Assembly: GCA_947466515.1 (NCBI GenBank)
Contig: CANIEM010000019.1
Span: forward strand, 1-24,000
Length of the DNA: 24,000 nucleotides
Source: Verrucomicrobia subdivision 6 bacterium
GTDB taxonomy: Bacteria > Verrucomicrobiota > Verrucomicrobiia > Methylacidiphilales > Verrucolacustridaceae
Direction: 5' to 3'
Shown one piece after another: positions 1-9,167 of this stretch. The notes under the pieces are model-generated. The model saw only the letters and a program-made list of their open reading frames with translations, was not told the DNA's origin and did no database searches. Both the position numbers and the translations under genes were made by a program. The stretch's first letter is position 1; every line of letters starts with the position of its first letter.

Positions 1-779
1 CCCTCCGGGGAAGCAGGATGGTTCGTGCTCCCCGTGGCGGTATATCCGAAACGCAGAATGACCCACTGGCCGGCTGGCAAGGTGGTGGTAAGTTTTCCGG
101 AGGGATTCATTTTGTCGGTGAGATTTAGGATCTGATCGCGCGCAATCCCAGAAAGGCTGGCTGGCTCTGGGCGAATCACGGGTTTAGTAGCCCAGTTGAT
201 TTTGGTTTCCACATCTTCCAGACGCCCAGTCGTTGCGGGAACTGCCAGAACGGCGATGTCGCGGTAGAAATCTAGCTTGGTCTCAGGCTTTGCGAGATCC
301 ATCGTGACCGATCCGCCCCCCGCGGTGGTCTCGGACCACACGATTTTCTTCATAGCGCGTTCTGGCGTGATCCATGGCCCGCCGCTACCTGACCAACCCG
401 AGCTGTTCGCGATGTCGAGCTCTAGCCCAAGCTCGGCCGCGGTTTTGATCGCATACTGCACATGCTCGTGCCACGAATCCGATCCATAGCGGACAGGCCC
501 TTTCGGTAAGTAAATCTCTACGTCGAGAATTTGAGCGCCGCCCATCCCTACCCGCTTCATGTCCTCAAGATCGGCGCGAATTCCCTCCTTGGTGACATTG
601 CCATTGATCCAGTGCCACCAACCCAATGGCCGCGCAGCCAAAGGCGGTTTTTGGAATACTTGCTCCAGAGGAACAGGTTCTTCCCTCGCACCATCGGACG
701 CACGAAGCAGACCGGCTTCTAATATCCAGAGAGAAATCAGGACTACATAGAACGAATTTCCACATAAGAAAAAAGCCAT
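1..779 (-). CDS. glycoside hydrolase, N-terminal part (gene runs off the left edge of the window)
   Basis: Absent from the ORF track because it has no stop inside the window. The reverse-strand frame opens at ATG 779..777 and stays open to position 1. My translation: MAFFLCGNSFYVVLISLWILEAGLLRA (signal-like) ..RPLGWWHWINGNVTKEGIRADLEDMKRVGMGGAQILDVEIY..NSSGWSGSGGPWITPERAMKKIVWSETT..QWVILRFGYTATGSTNHPASPEG. I recall this WxWxxGNVTKEGI / MKxxGxGG / GYTxTGxxNxPAxPEG pattern from the large secreted glycosidase family that includes GH106-type rhamnosidases. That family is often annotated 'glycosyl hydrolase family 2 sugar-binding'. The assignment is from memory only. Confidence 0.6.
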   Translation of the reverse strand, partial: MAFFLCGNSFYVVLISLWILEAGLLRASDGAREEPVPLEQVFQKPPLAARPLGWWHWINGNVTKEGIRADLEDMKRVGMGGAQILDVEIYLPKGPVRYGSDSWHEHVQYAIKTAAELGLELDIANSSGWSGSGGPWITPERAMKKIVWSETTAGGGSVTMDLAKPETKLDFYRDIAVLAVPATTGRLEDVETKINWATKPVIRPEPASLSGIARDQILNLTDKMNPSGKLTTTLPAGQWVILRFGYTATGSTNHPASPE

Positions 780-805
780 ATTACCCTTTTTTCCGTCCCG
801 CAGGC

Positions 806-1555
806 CTAATTGGTGCCCCAAAAAGCATTTGTCCAACCAATCGTAATAGCTTTGGTTAACACAACCGGCGCGACATGTCCGTCCGCATAAAGGATGTTAC
901 AATTGGATCCGTGGCGGGCGATCAAGGGACTAGAGTTAATGGAGCTACCAGCAGAAATGGCACTACCACCCCATGCCTCACCCATTAACGCGGCTAGACT
1001 TGGCTTTGGCACGGAAAGGAGTTTTCCGGTGTTGGTGTTCCCGGCGCGCATGTTCATCCCATAACTACGATAACATTTGTCTGGGGGATCCGTTTTTTTC
1101 ATCCGTGGACATTCGTAAATTGTCCCCTCCATCTCCTTTGGAAAGATTCCTACCGCCGAGGCCTGATAATTGGTTGGAAAACTTCTGTTTGGATAAAGAT
1201 AATCCTTCCACAATGCCAAATACCAAGCCCGACTATCAAAATATGGAAGGGTTCCATTGTTGTCTCTAGAATAGGCCTCGATGAGGTATCCCCACTGCTT
1301 CAAATTGGCAAGGCACACTCCATTTTGGGAAGCCTCACGGGCTTTCCCCAAGGCAGGAACCAGTAAACCCGCCAAAAGCCCTAGTATCACCACGACGACT
1401 AACAACTCGACCAAGGTAAAGGAAGAAGACCAGGACTTGGGATAAAGACTGCTTCTTGGATGGATGGCCGACCGAAAAATTTTGCCGTACCCTTGGGGTT
1501 CGCCAGATTTAAAACACCTATTTTTTGAAGCAAAAGTTGTCTGCGGAAACTGCAT
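806..1555 (-). CDS. pseudopilin-like protein with prepilin-type N-terminal methylation motif and H-X9-DG (DUF1559-type) C-terminus
   Basis: ORF track 806..1594, but its first codon is TTG; the first ATG is 1555..1553. It contains FTLVELLVVVVILGLLAGLL, followed by PALGKAREASQNGVCLANLKQWG and a C-terminal HGSNCNILYADGH (H-x9-DG). This combination is typical of the family expanded in Planctomycetota and Verrucomicrobiota. The start is uncertain (1555 vs 1594). Confidence 0.8.
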   Translation of the reverse strand: MQFPQTTFASKNRCFKSGEPQGYGKIFRSAIHPRSSLYPKSWSSSFTLVELLVVVVILGLLAGLLVPALGKAREASQNGVCLANLKQWGYLIEAYSRDNNGTLPYFDSRAWYLALWKDYLYPNRSFPTNYQASAVGIFPKEMEGTIYECPRMKKTDPPDKCYRSYGMNMRAGNTNTGKLLSVPKPSLAALMGEAWGGSAISAGSSINSSPLIARHGSNCNILYADGHVAPVVLTKAITIGWTNAFWGTN

Positions 1556-1757
1556 AAGTCTCTTTGAGAATGACCCCGCTTTCCATACCTGCAATCATTT
1601 TTTTCGTATTTTATCTTAGATTTCACGCCAGTGAGATCTATTCCATACCTTCCCGCTGGTTTTGGGTGGGCTCGCTCCTTCGTTGCTTCTTCCAGCTCAA
1701 ATCCTGAACGACGCCATGACCCTACAGAATGCTGAAAGCGAGTTGGTAAGTTTAGAT

Positions 1758-2444
1758 TTACACTTTGCGCAAAGAAATGTTCTGGATCTCAATCGCGCCC
1801 GCTCCCGTTTTGGCCTCGATAGAAATCCGTAGGCCGATCTTTCCTTTGGGGCGCATTAGATTCGCCCCATCCGTGGCGGCAACCACCGAAATGAGTTTAC
1901 CCATTTCATCCAAAAGCTCTGCCGAAATATTGACTCCACCTGTTTTATCCTCATTGAAAATGATTTTTAGATCACGCCATTGCCCCGAGGACTCGATCTT
2001 ACTGATCTGTCTGCTCAGATTATTTTTTCCAGGATCTTGCGCAGATATGGCCGTGGATTTTGAGAGCATCAAAACGGATCGATCTTGATTAATGGAAAGA
2101 AAAACAAGGTAGACTGGATCCCCCCCTTTTTCCGCCCCCAGCAACACCCCAAAGCTTCCCCCAGAAGTTGTGCGCAACCGGATCCGAATCTCCCCCCCAG
2201 TCACGAATACTTCTTGCCCTGGATGAAACCAAAAGAAACCTCCCCCTCCACGGAAAGCAAGGTTTCCACCCTCGCCATCCTTTTCTACAGAAACCGAGTC
2301 TGGCAGTTTACTACCCTTATCCGCTTGCAGATAATCGTAGGGGGTCTTTTTCGGATCAAACCGAAAGGCCTGGTCCGCCGGAATGGGATTGGCCCACAAA
2401 CTCCCAACTATCCAGAAAAACATCACGAATCCTCTTTTTTTCAT
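1758..2444 (-). CDS. secreted hypothetical protein (possible lectin/LamG-like beta-sandwich, guess only)
   Basis: 228-aa ORF with ATG at 2444..2442 and signal peptide MKKRGFVMFFWIVGSLWA. It sits in the same-strand gene string between the PATR protein and the pseudopilin-like gene. I recognise no diagnostic motif. Confidence 0.55.
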   Translation of the reverse strand: MKKRGFVMFFWIVGSLWANPIPADQAFRFDPKKTPYDYLQADKGSKLPDSVSVEKDGEGGNLAFRGGGGFFWFHPGQEVFVTGGEIRIRLRTTSGGSFGVLLGAEKGGDPVYLVFLSINQDRSVLMLSKSTAISAQDPGKNNLSRQISKIESSGQWRDLKIIFNEDKTGGVNISAELLDEMGKLISVVAATDGANLMRPKGKIGLRISIEAKTGAGAIEIQNISLRKV

Positions 2445-2629
2445 ACTATTTACCCTACACCTCCAGTATACATTTTTGAACGGCTGTTTTTAAGTCGGAG
2501 AATCTTGTCCGAATGAGCTTGCTCCTTGGGAATCTTGAAATCAAGCCGCTGACACATTGCTCATGTCGGTGGAAGGAACTCCCTCAAGCTGAGAATATTC
2601 ACCAAAAACCATTGGATCCCGCACTCCAT

Positions 2630-5059
2630 TTAGGGGTGCGTGACCTTGATCCGAACGAAGATCCTGCCCAAGCCGGTGACCTGTACCTGCTTTTTCAGGA
2701 ACCCGGCGGGCGTGGATCCTGTGCCTGCGCTAACGCCTTGAGGCGTCGTCCAGGTCAGCAAATCAATGCTGGTCTGGTAGGTTACAGTCAAAGCGGAGTC
2801 ATCCTTTACATCGAAGGTGTAAGTTAGTTGATCCCCAATCATCACCGGAACAGCTGTAACGCCGTTGTTTTGAGGCATTCCGTTCGCCGAGTTGAACGCG
2901 TACCTCAGTCCAACTGTCACCCCGTCCACCTTCTCATCGAACGCAGTGTCGGTGGGCAGACTATTAATGGAGAGATAGAGAGCGTATGCAGATCCAACCA
3001 CAACTGTCCGAGTCACCGTAGTTGCGATGTTACCCGCCGCATCGTCTGCATTGAAGGTTATCGTGTAGCTTGCTGGAACTAGTGTGTTCACCGTGCCCGT
3101 TCCGCTGATCGAGCGAGTCGCATCTTTATTGTCAGTCACCGTTGCCCCTTGATCGGTGTAAATAGCTCCATAGTCCACATTCACCGTACTTAACCCAACC
3201 AAGGTAATCACAGGTTTCGTCGTGTCCGGTGTTGTCGAACCTGCGATATAGACAAGAAGCGCCGTTCCGGTATTCGTCAGCACATAACTATTCGTCAGGC
3301 TACTCGCAAGCGAGGGCGATCCTGAAATGGAAGTAGCCGTGATCAGGGCAACCGGCTCAACCCCCGTCAACCCGTTGGTATTTTCAAAATCCAAAACACA
3401 GTTGGACGGAAAGGTTAAACTTCCTCCCACAGAGGAAGGAGTTGAGTTCGTGGTTCGCAGAATCAGGGTGGTCCCATTGGAAAAGGCGAGCGAACCAGAT
3501 AAAGCCCCGTAGACAGCCAGCTTCCCCTCTTCGACCGAAGTAGAGTTCGTGTAGACATTCGTTGCAGTCAAAGTCAACTGCCCGGCCCCTGCCTTGGTCA
3601 ACTTCCCGTCTCCGCTAATCGGCGCATTCCAAATATTGGTTGTGCCAGCGGCCACATCGAACGTGCCACCCCCGGCAAGCAGGGTCGTCGACTTGGTAAA
3701 ACCAAGATTGGCCGTGTTTAGCAAGGTACCCCCGTCAAAAGTCAGTCCACCGTTGTTCGCATTGATCCGAGCACTCGAACTCACCGAAATTACCCCCCCC
3801 TTAATCACCGTTCCTCCAGTATACGTGTTGTTGGCGGCCAAAATCAGGACTCCATTTCCATCCTTGGTTAATCCACCCGTTCCACCAATGGCCGCACTGC
3901 CCCAACTGTTCGTCAGCCCCGCACCGATCCGAATCGTCCCACCCCCCGCGTTGAGTGTTGTGTTATTGGCGCTTGTTAAATCACTAAAGCTCGCCGTGGT
4001 TTCCAAGGTACCCCCATCGAAGGTAAGAAATCCGGTCCCAAAGTTTGCCTTGGAACTCACGGATAACACACCCCCGTTTAAAAACGTTCCTCCATTATAG
4101 CTGTTGGCCCCAGATAACACCGTGGTTCCCGTACCCGTCTTGGTCAGGGTTCTTCCAGTCCCGGCTAGCACCGCACTAATCGTGCCGCCTGTCACAGCAT
4201 AACTGGATCCTGTCAAACCCGTCGAAGAACCGTTGATCAACGACCCGCCATTGACCGTGACTACCCCCACGGTGTCAGAGAAGGTCTTCATGTCAAAAGT
4301 CCCTCCGTTAATCGTCAACGCCCCCGTATCGCTCAAGCGACCAGAACCACCCAACGCCAAGGTTCCTGCATCGACTGTAGTTCCACCCGTGTAGGTATTG
4401 GCTCCACTCAAAGTCATTGTTCCATTGGAATTATTCTGGCGGACAGCCACTAATCCTGTGCCAGCGTCCCCATTCGCAATCACACCGGAGATTGTGACCC
4501 CGCCAGTGCCGCTTCCCCCGTGCTCAATGATTTTTACGTCTATGCCGCTGCCCCCCTTGGTGGCAGTGGCCAAAGTCAAACTGGAGGATTGGGAAATAAC
4601 CAGGCTGTCATTAAGGACAATCGATTGCAGTGTTGATTCCAGAATGACCGTCGCGCTGCCGCTGATGACGTTAAGCTGGGCGTTGGCGTTGTTGTTGTCG
4701 AAGGTCAAGGACGATCCAGTGGCGCCACCTAGGGTGTACCCGTTGGTTGCTCCAATATTGAGCACCCCAATTGTGGTGGTTGCCGTGTTAGTAAGAACAA
4801 TCTTTAATGGGGACCTAGTTTGATTCACGGTAATTGTCGCCGTAGATCCCGCCCCATCTGCAACGATCGAGTTAGACCAAGCTGAGGCTGTCCACCAACC
4901 CGCAGTGGTGCCAACTGCAATATTGGTCCAAGTTCCATCTGCTGCAGAGAGTTGGGAGTGTACCCCGAGAACAAAAAACAATGACAAGATGGCGCGACCT
5001 AAGAAAAATCTGGCTTGCAACTTGTAATCAAGCACATCGTCGTAGGTTATAAGTTTCAT
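2630..5059 (-). CDS. autotransporter-associated beta-strand repeat (PATR) surface protein with C-terminal Ig-like (DUF5011-like) domain
   Basis: ORF track 2630..5083 starts on TTG; an ATG at 5059..5057 is preceded by AAGGAA. The signal-like N-terminus is ..RFFLGRAILSLFFVLGVHSQLSA. There are many copies of the motif G.GTL.LSGANTYTGGT.V..G.L (e.g. GTMTLSGANTYTGGTTVDAGTLALGG, TTVLSGANSYNGGTFLNGGVLSV, VLILAANNTYTGGTVIKGGVISV). The PVITLVGLSTVNVDYGAIYTDQGATVTD..YTITFNADDAAGNIATTVTRTVVV segment resembles DUF5011/HYR-type Ig domains. Confidence 0.85.
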   Translation of the reverse strand: MKLITYDDVLDYKLQARFFLGRAILSLFFVLGVHSQLSAADGTWTNIAVGTTAGWWTASAWSNSIVADGAGSTATITVNQTRSPLKIVLTNTATTTIGVLNIGATNGYTLGGATGSSLTFDNNNANAQLNVISGSATVILESTLQSIVLNDSLVISQSSSLTLATATKGGSGIDVKIIEHGGSGTGGVTISGVIANGDAGTGLVAVRQNNSNGTMTLSGANTYTGGTTVDAGTLALGGSGRLSDTGALTINGGTFDMKTFSDTVGVVTVNGGSLINGSSTGLTGSSYAVTGGTISAVLAGTGRTLTKTGTGTTVLSGANSYNGGTFLNGGVLSVSSKANFGTGFLTFDGGTLETTASFSDLTSANNTTLNAGGGTIRIGAGLTNSWGSAAIGGTGGLTKDGNGVLILAANNTYTGGTVIKGGVISVSSSARINANNGGLTFDGGTLLNTANLGFTKSTTLLAGGGTFDVAAGTTNIWNAPISGDGKLTKAGAGQLTLTATNVYTNSTSVEEGKLAVYGALSGSLAFSNGTTLILRTTNSTPSSVGGSLTFPSNCVLDFENTNGLTGVEPVALITATSISGSPSLASSLTNSYVLTNTGTALLVYIAGSTTPDTTKPVITLVGLSTVNVDYGAIYTDQGATVTDNKDATRSISGTGTVNTLVPASYTITFNADDAAGNIATTVTRTVVVGSAYALYLSINSLPTDTAFDEKVDGVTVGLRYAFNSANGMPQNNGVTAVPVMIGDQLTYTFDVKDDSALTVTYQTSIDLLTWTTPQGVSAGTGSTPAGFLKKQVQVTGLGRIFVRIKVTHP

Positions 5060-5252
5060 TTCCTTAACAAACCTTAACCGCAAACCCTCTTTTTACTAGG
5101 GGTTGAATTGCGGATCATTTATAGTGCATTTGCGACACGCCTAGTTTTGGGCTGCGAGCCCATATCCAGATAAGTGGAACTAATATTACTCGTATCTGTT
5201 CAGATTGATTTTTGTAAATTCGAATGACCTGCGTCTGCTCCTGACGGATCAG

Positions 5253-7532
5253 CTAGGCAAAGCAGCGGATCTCAAAAAGGGCGGCGGGCACGTTTGCCGA
5301 TGGCCTTTCCATGCACAGCTTCAGTTCTCGTGTCTCAACAGGAGACGCCAATTCAAGACATACCCGCGATTGATGGTTTTCCCGAACTGAAGCAATGACC
5401 TTCCCTTGGTCATCCTTCCAATCAAAAGAGGAAAGACAAAAGGGTGTCACTCGCTCGGGGTGTCCCATCAGCACCGACTCCATCGGGTGATCAAAATCAC
5501 CATCCAACACCATTTCAATCCGCCGAATCCGATGTTTCTTCGGCCAAATGAACCGTAACTCTGGCGCCGCATCGTCAAAATCCGCCACCCAGGCATTGGT
5601 CTGACCCGTGGGCCGACCGATTCCGTTGCGAATGTTTTCCACCGAAAACGCTTTCAGCGGAGGATCAATCGTCAGGGCAAGGTTCTTACCTCCCGGACGT
5701 CTTTCCGGAAGCCAGAAATCAAAACCATCGATGCCGATCCCCTTCGGCGGATCCTGCCGAGCGGATTTTGCCACCGCCCGGTTGAATTTTTGCCAGACAG
5801 AGAGGACCCCAGTCAGACGCTGTTCGCTCAAATGAACCGAAATGTCCGGGTTCGCCGTGAGGCAAACAAATCCATATCCAGTGTGGGGGATAGGGAGAGA
5901 AAATTGCAAAGCGACCGCCTGCTGTTGGCCAGGGGGAATCCTCATCTGTAGGGTTTCAACAAGGAGGTCTGGGGTGTGATTGTTCGGACGAAGACTGACC
6001 ATTAGCCGGGCCTCCAGCATGGTCTCTTTCTTGGCATCCACACAAAAAGTCACCTTCGGCGGGGAACCCTTGGAAAGAGGGATCATCATCGCGCCGGAAA
6101 CGTCGAGACTTCGGATCTCCCCGCCTTGGGGCAGTTCGTGCAAGGCGAGTTCACTGCTCGGCTCTAGGACAGCGGACTGCACCAGATCCTCTGGATCCTC
6201 CAGCCTCACTCCGGGAATAAATTGGCCGGTCCGTAAGAGGTTGCTCTGCAACTCCGGCATGGCCGTCTTCCCCAGTTCTTGGGGTGAGAGATTCTTTCGG
6301 ACACAGAGTGCCGCTGCCATGCCTACCGCCTGCCCGCCGTGGGCGCAGGTGGCCATAACCCGGGTGGAGCCGAAGGCCACGTGAGAGGCACTGATGATCC
6401 TCCCAGCTAGAAAAAGATTTTTAATGTTTCGGCTGTAGAGACAGCGGTATGGAATTTCATAGACACCCTTAGAGTGCCACTGAGTACAGCCAGGAAGGGC
6501 ACTAAAAACACCATCCGCTGGGTGCAGGTCGATGGCCCAGCCCCCAAAGGAGACAGAATCCGGATGGGATCTTTGTTCCACAATATCTTTTTGGGTCATC
6601 ATGTAGTCCCCCTCAAAACGGCGGCTTTCCCGTTTTCCGGGAATCGTCCCCACCCATTCCAGCGTTAGGTTTTCCGCCTCGGGAAATTCTCCTGAGTTTT
6701 TAATGTGATTCCAAACCCCATAGACCACCCGCCATAGTTCCCATTTGATTTTTTCCGATTCGTGAATGGTATCCAACCTCCCCCCCCATTCGATCCACCA
6801 AAGGCGACAACCGATATCCTTGGCATTGAACTGCCGAAACCTCGGGATTTTACGAATATCCTGGAGAGCAAAACTCGGCGGAAAGTAACGAACGGGGCGA
6901 CCTACATCTTTGGAGTAAAAATAGATCGAATGTCCCAACATCTCCAGGTTGGGCTGAGCTGGAGCAAACTCCTCCCCAAACTCATCCCGGCTTTCTGCAC
7001 CGATTCGGAAGGCGGCTCCCGCTAAGAAACCCACCACCCCATCGCCAGAGGCGTCGCAAAACAGCGGTGCCGCCACCTCATACATCGTGGAGTTCTGGGA
7101 ACAAAAAGCTCTGACCGACGCGATGCGATCGGGGCCATCCTTGCCCACCTCAAACACCGCCGTGTTGAGCAAAAGTCGGAGGTTCTTTTCCTCGGAAACT
7201 TTTTCTAGGAGAAGGGCATCGAGCAAAAGCGGGTTGCCCTCTGGATTCCGAAAAAGATTTTCCACGAGAATCTCGTCGATCAGTCCCCCTTCTCGCGCCC
7301 AGCGGTTGTTATTTCCCATATGACTTGTCGCCCCCAAGATCCAAAGACGCACTTCCCCCGAGGCGTTGCCACCCAACACGGGACGATCCTGCACCAGAGT
7401 CACCTGGATCCCCGCTCGGGCGGCCGTGACGGCAGCCCCCAGCCCGGCCAAGCCTCCTCCTACGACTACGAGGTCGCAGGAGATTTTTTCCGTTCGAAAA
7501 GTCCGGAAAGGAGCGGGGATTTCACGAATCAT
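5253..7532 (-). CDS. FAD-dependent oxidoreductase (PF12831-like) with large C-terminal extension
   Basis: 759-aa ORF with ATG at 7532..7530. The N-terminal dinucleotide-binding fingerprint is DLVVVGGGLAGLGAAVTAARAGIQVTLVQDRPVLGGNAS. Its stop lies 18 nt downstream of the MFS gene stop on the same strand, which suggests an operon. Confidence 0.8.
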   Translation of the reverse strand: MIREIPAPFRTFRTEKISCDLVVVGGGLAGLGAAVTAARAGIQVTLVQDRPVLGGNASGEVRLWILGATSHMGNNNRWAREGGLIDEILVENLFRNPEGNPLLLDALLLEKVSEEKNLRLLLNTAVFEVGKDGPDRIASVRAFCSQNSTMYEVAAPLFCDASGDGVVGFLAGAAFRIGAESRDEFGEEFAPAQPNLEMLGHSIYFYSKDVGRPVRYFPPSFALQDIRKIPRFRQFNAKDIGCRLWWIEWGGRLDTIHESEKIKWELWRVVYGVWNHIKNSGEFPEAENLTLEWVGTIPGKRESRRFEGDYMMTQKDIVEQRSHPDSVSFGGWAIDLHPADGVFSALPGCTQWHSKGVYEIPYRCLYSRNIKNLFLAGRIISASHVAFGSTRVMATCAHGGQAVGMAAALCVRKNLSPQELGKTAMPELQSNLLRTGQFIPGVRLEDPEDLVQSAVLEPSSELALHELPQGGEIRSLDVSGAMMIPLSKGSPPKVTFCVDAKKETMLEARLMVSLRPNNHTPDLLVETLQMRIPPGQQQAVALQFSLPIPHTGYGFVCLTANPDISVHLSEQRLTGVLSVWQKFNRAVAKSARQDPPKGIGIDGFDFWLPERRPGGKNLALTIDPPLKAFSVENIRNGIGRPTGQTNAWVADFDDAAPELRFIWPKKHRIRRIEMVLDGDFDHPMESVLMGHPERVTPFCLSSFDWKDDQGKVIASVRENHQSRVCLELASPVETRELKLCMERPSANVPAALFEIRCFA

Positions 7533-7550
7533 GGAGAACCTAACGATCCA

Positions 7551-8816
7551 TCAGAAGGCAGGCCGATTCTCGACCCTCCTGCTTTTTTTTAATACGCCCC
7601 ATAGAATCAGAGGGACCACGGTCAGATGGAGAAAAGCTGCGATCCAGAACCAAGCGGCATAGGATGAATAAATAAGCAGCTTGGCCACCAGATCGTTCAT
7701 CAGGATGGCCCCGATGGAACTTCCGGCTGCGACCAATCCAAAAACCTTCCCTAAGGAACCTTCCGGTACAACATCGACCACGAGGGCAGTGATGTTGGCC
7801 AACCAAGCCAAATGGGCAAAGACCACCAGAGACGCAAAAATCAGGGATCCTGCCAAGGAGGGGGACAACGAAACCAGGGGTGAAAGAGGCATGAAGAGTG
7901 AGCATCCAGCGAGGATCCAAACTCTAACCTGCGCCGGAGATCTGCCCTTCCGAATCAGCCTGCCCGCAAGCCAACCCCCCGCTAAACTACCCAGACTGGC
8001 AGCTAAAAAGATCACCCAGATGATCTGCACCTCGATCTGTGTCAATCCGCGCTCTGAAACAAGATACTTTGGATACCAGTTCTGATAAAAATACCAAATG
8101 GGGTCAGAAAACATCCGCCCAAGCAGAAGGCACCAGACCACTGGTTGGCGTAGAGCCTCTCCCCATCCCCAGGAAAATTTATCTTCAGAAATAAGGGCCG
8201 AGCGATCCTGACCACCCTCCGCAAGCGCCCTCTTCTGCCAACGGCGGGTCTCGCCTTGTCGGTAGAAGAGCAACCAAGGCACAAGCCAAACGAAACCCAG
8301 CAACCCCGTTACGATAAAAATTAAACGCCAGTCCCAAATCTGAGCCAATCCAATAATAAACAGAGGCGCAAGGGTCATCCCAATCGGCGTTCCTGCCGTG
8401 TAGATCCCAATGGCTAATCCCCGTTCCTTCGGCGGGAACCACTCGGAAACCGTTTTGGGTGATGCCGTCCAGTTCCCTGCTTCACCCAACCCGAGCATAA
8501 ATCGACAACCAGCCAAGGAGACGGCGGAACGGGCCCAGCCCGTGAGAATATTGGCTAGCGACCACCAACCCACAAACAGCACAAGGCTGATTCGTGGCCC
8601 CAACTTGTCAACGATCACCCCAGAGGCAAGGAGCGCGATTGTGTAGGCGATCTGAAAGGCGTTTTGGATATTGGCATAGGCCTGATCCGAAAGGGAAAGA
8701 TCCTTCTGAATACTCGGAGCCAAAAGAGCGAGGGTGTTCTTGTCTACGTAATTCAGAACCGCGGCAAAGAAGAGGAGTCCGGTAATGCACCAGCGGCGGG
8801 AAAGAAAGAGGCTCAT
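7551..8816 (-). CDS. MFS transporter (hexuronate/sugar-acid ExuT-like subfamily by resemblance)
   Basis: 421-aa ORF with ATG at 8816..8814 and about 12 hydrophobic segments. The N-terminal WCITGLLFFAAVLNYVDKNTLALLAPSIQKDLSLSDQAYANIQNAFQIAYTIALLASGVIVDKLGPR is characteristic of anion:cation symporter-type MFS proteins. Confidence 0.85.
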   Translation of the reverse strand: MSLFLSRRWCITGLLFFAAVLNYVDKNTLALLAPSIQKDLSLSDQAYANIQNAFQIAYTIALLASGVIVDKLGPRISLVLFVGWWSLANILTGWARSAVSLAGCRFMLGLGEAGNWTASPKTVSEWFPPKERGLAIGIYTAGTPIGMTLAPLFIIGLAQIWDWRLIFIVTGLLGFVWLVPWLLFYRQGETRRWQKRALAEGGQDRSALISEDKFSWGWGEALRQPVVWCLLLGRMFSDPIWYFYQNWYPKYLVSERGLTQIEVQIIWVIFLAASLGSLAGGWLAGRLIRKGRSPAQVRVWILAGCSLFMPLSPLVSLSPSLAGSLIFASLVVFAHLAWLANITALVVDVVPEGSLGKVFGLVAAGSSIGAILMNDLVAKLLIYSSYAAWFWIAAFLHLTVVPLILWGVLKKSRRVENRPAF

Positions 8817-9167
8817 ATTGCAACCATCGACGACTTACACTCACAGGCCCAAAGCCGGTTTTTCCCGAATGTAAAAAACCCAAAGACCGGACGATAGGTG
8901 GCTTCGAGAGACTTAACCTTCCCAACTTGCACTTCTAATCCAGAAAAATTCTTGGGCTGATAGCTTTCGTTGCAGGCAAAAGAATTCCCTGTCAGGACGG
9001 GATATGAGCCCATCAAGAAGAACCAAACCCATAGCTGTCCCAAAACCGTCTGAGAAACCATAAATACATTCCTGCCATGAAACCCTTTTTTAAGCTAGAC
9101 TTAAAAACAAATACAATCTTAACTTTTGCGACATAGCACTTTTGACCGTCATTTTAGATAAAATTGA
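8817..9167. promoter_or_regulatory. divergent control region between the MFS-oxidoreductase string and the XylR/AraC regulator gene
   Basis: This is a 351-bp non-coding gap between divergently oriented start codons (8816 minus, 9168 plus). It is AT-rich toward 9060-9167. It has an imperfect inverted repeat, ccggttttt ... aaagaccgg, near 8858-8900. Called from position only; no operator was identified. Confidence 0.3.

Noticed and set aside
311-325. An apparent frameshift at the C6 run (316-321) in the edge glycoside hydrolase.
   Set aside because: On recounting, the run is 6 C. The ATG at 779 and the downstream ..SETTAGGGSVTMDLAKPETKLDFY.. segment are in the same frame (codon low coordinates are all multiples of 3). 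The gene is intact in this window.
2828-4823. Plus-strand ORFs of 84-168 aa (2828..3082, 3327..3512, 3594..4100, 4398..4823) inside the PATR gene.
   Set aside because: They are antisense to an 809-aa gene with strong repeat-motif evidence. Their products are Pro/Val-rich low-complexity sequences typical of shadow frames of Gly/Thr-rich repeats.
8813-9061. An 82-aa minus-strand ORF whose TGA overlaps the MFS start codon in an ATGA arrangement, suggesting a translationally coupled upstream gene.
   Set aside because: It has no recognisable motif, an odd composition and no obvious RBS, and it occupies the divergent promoter region. The ATGA overlap alone is weak evidence. Left uncalled, but ribosome profiling could revive it.
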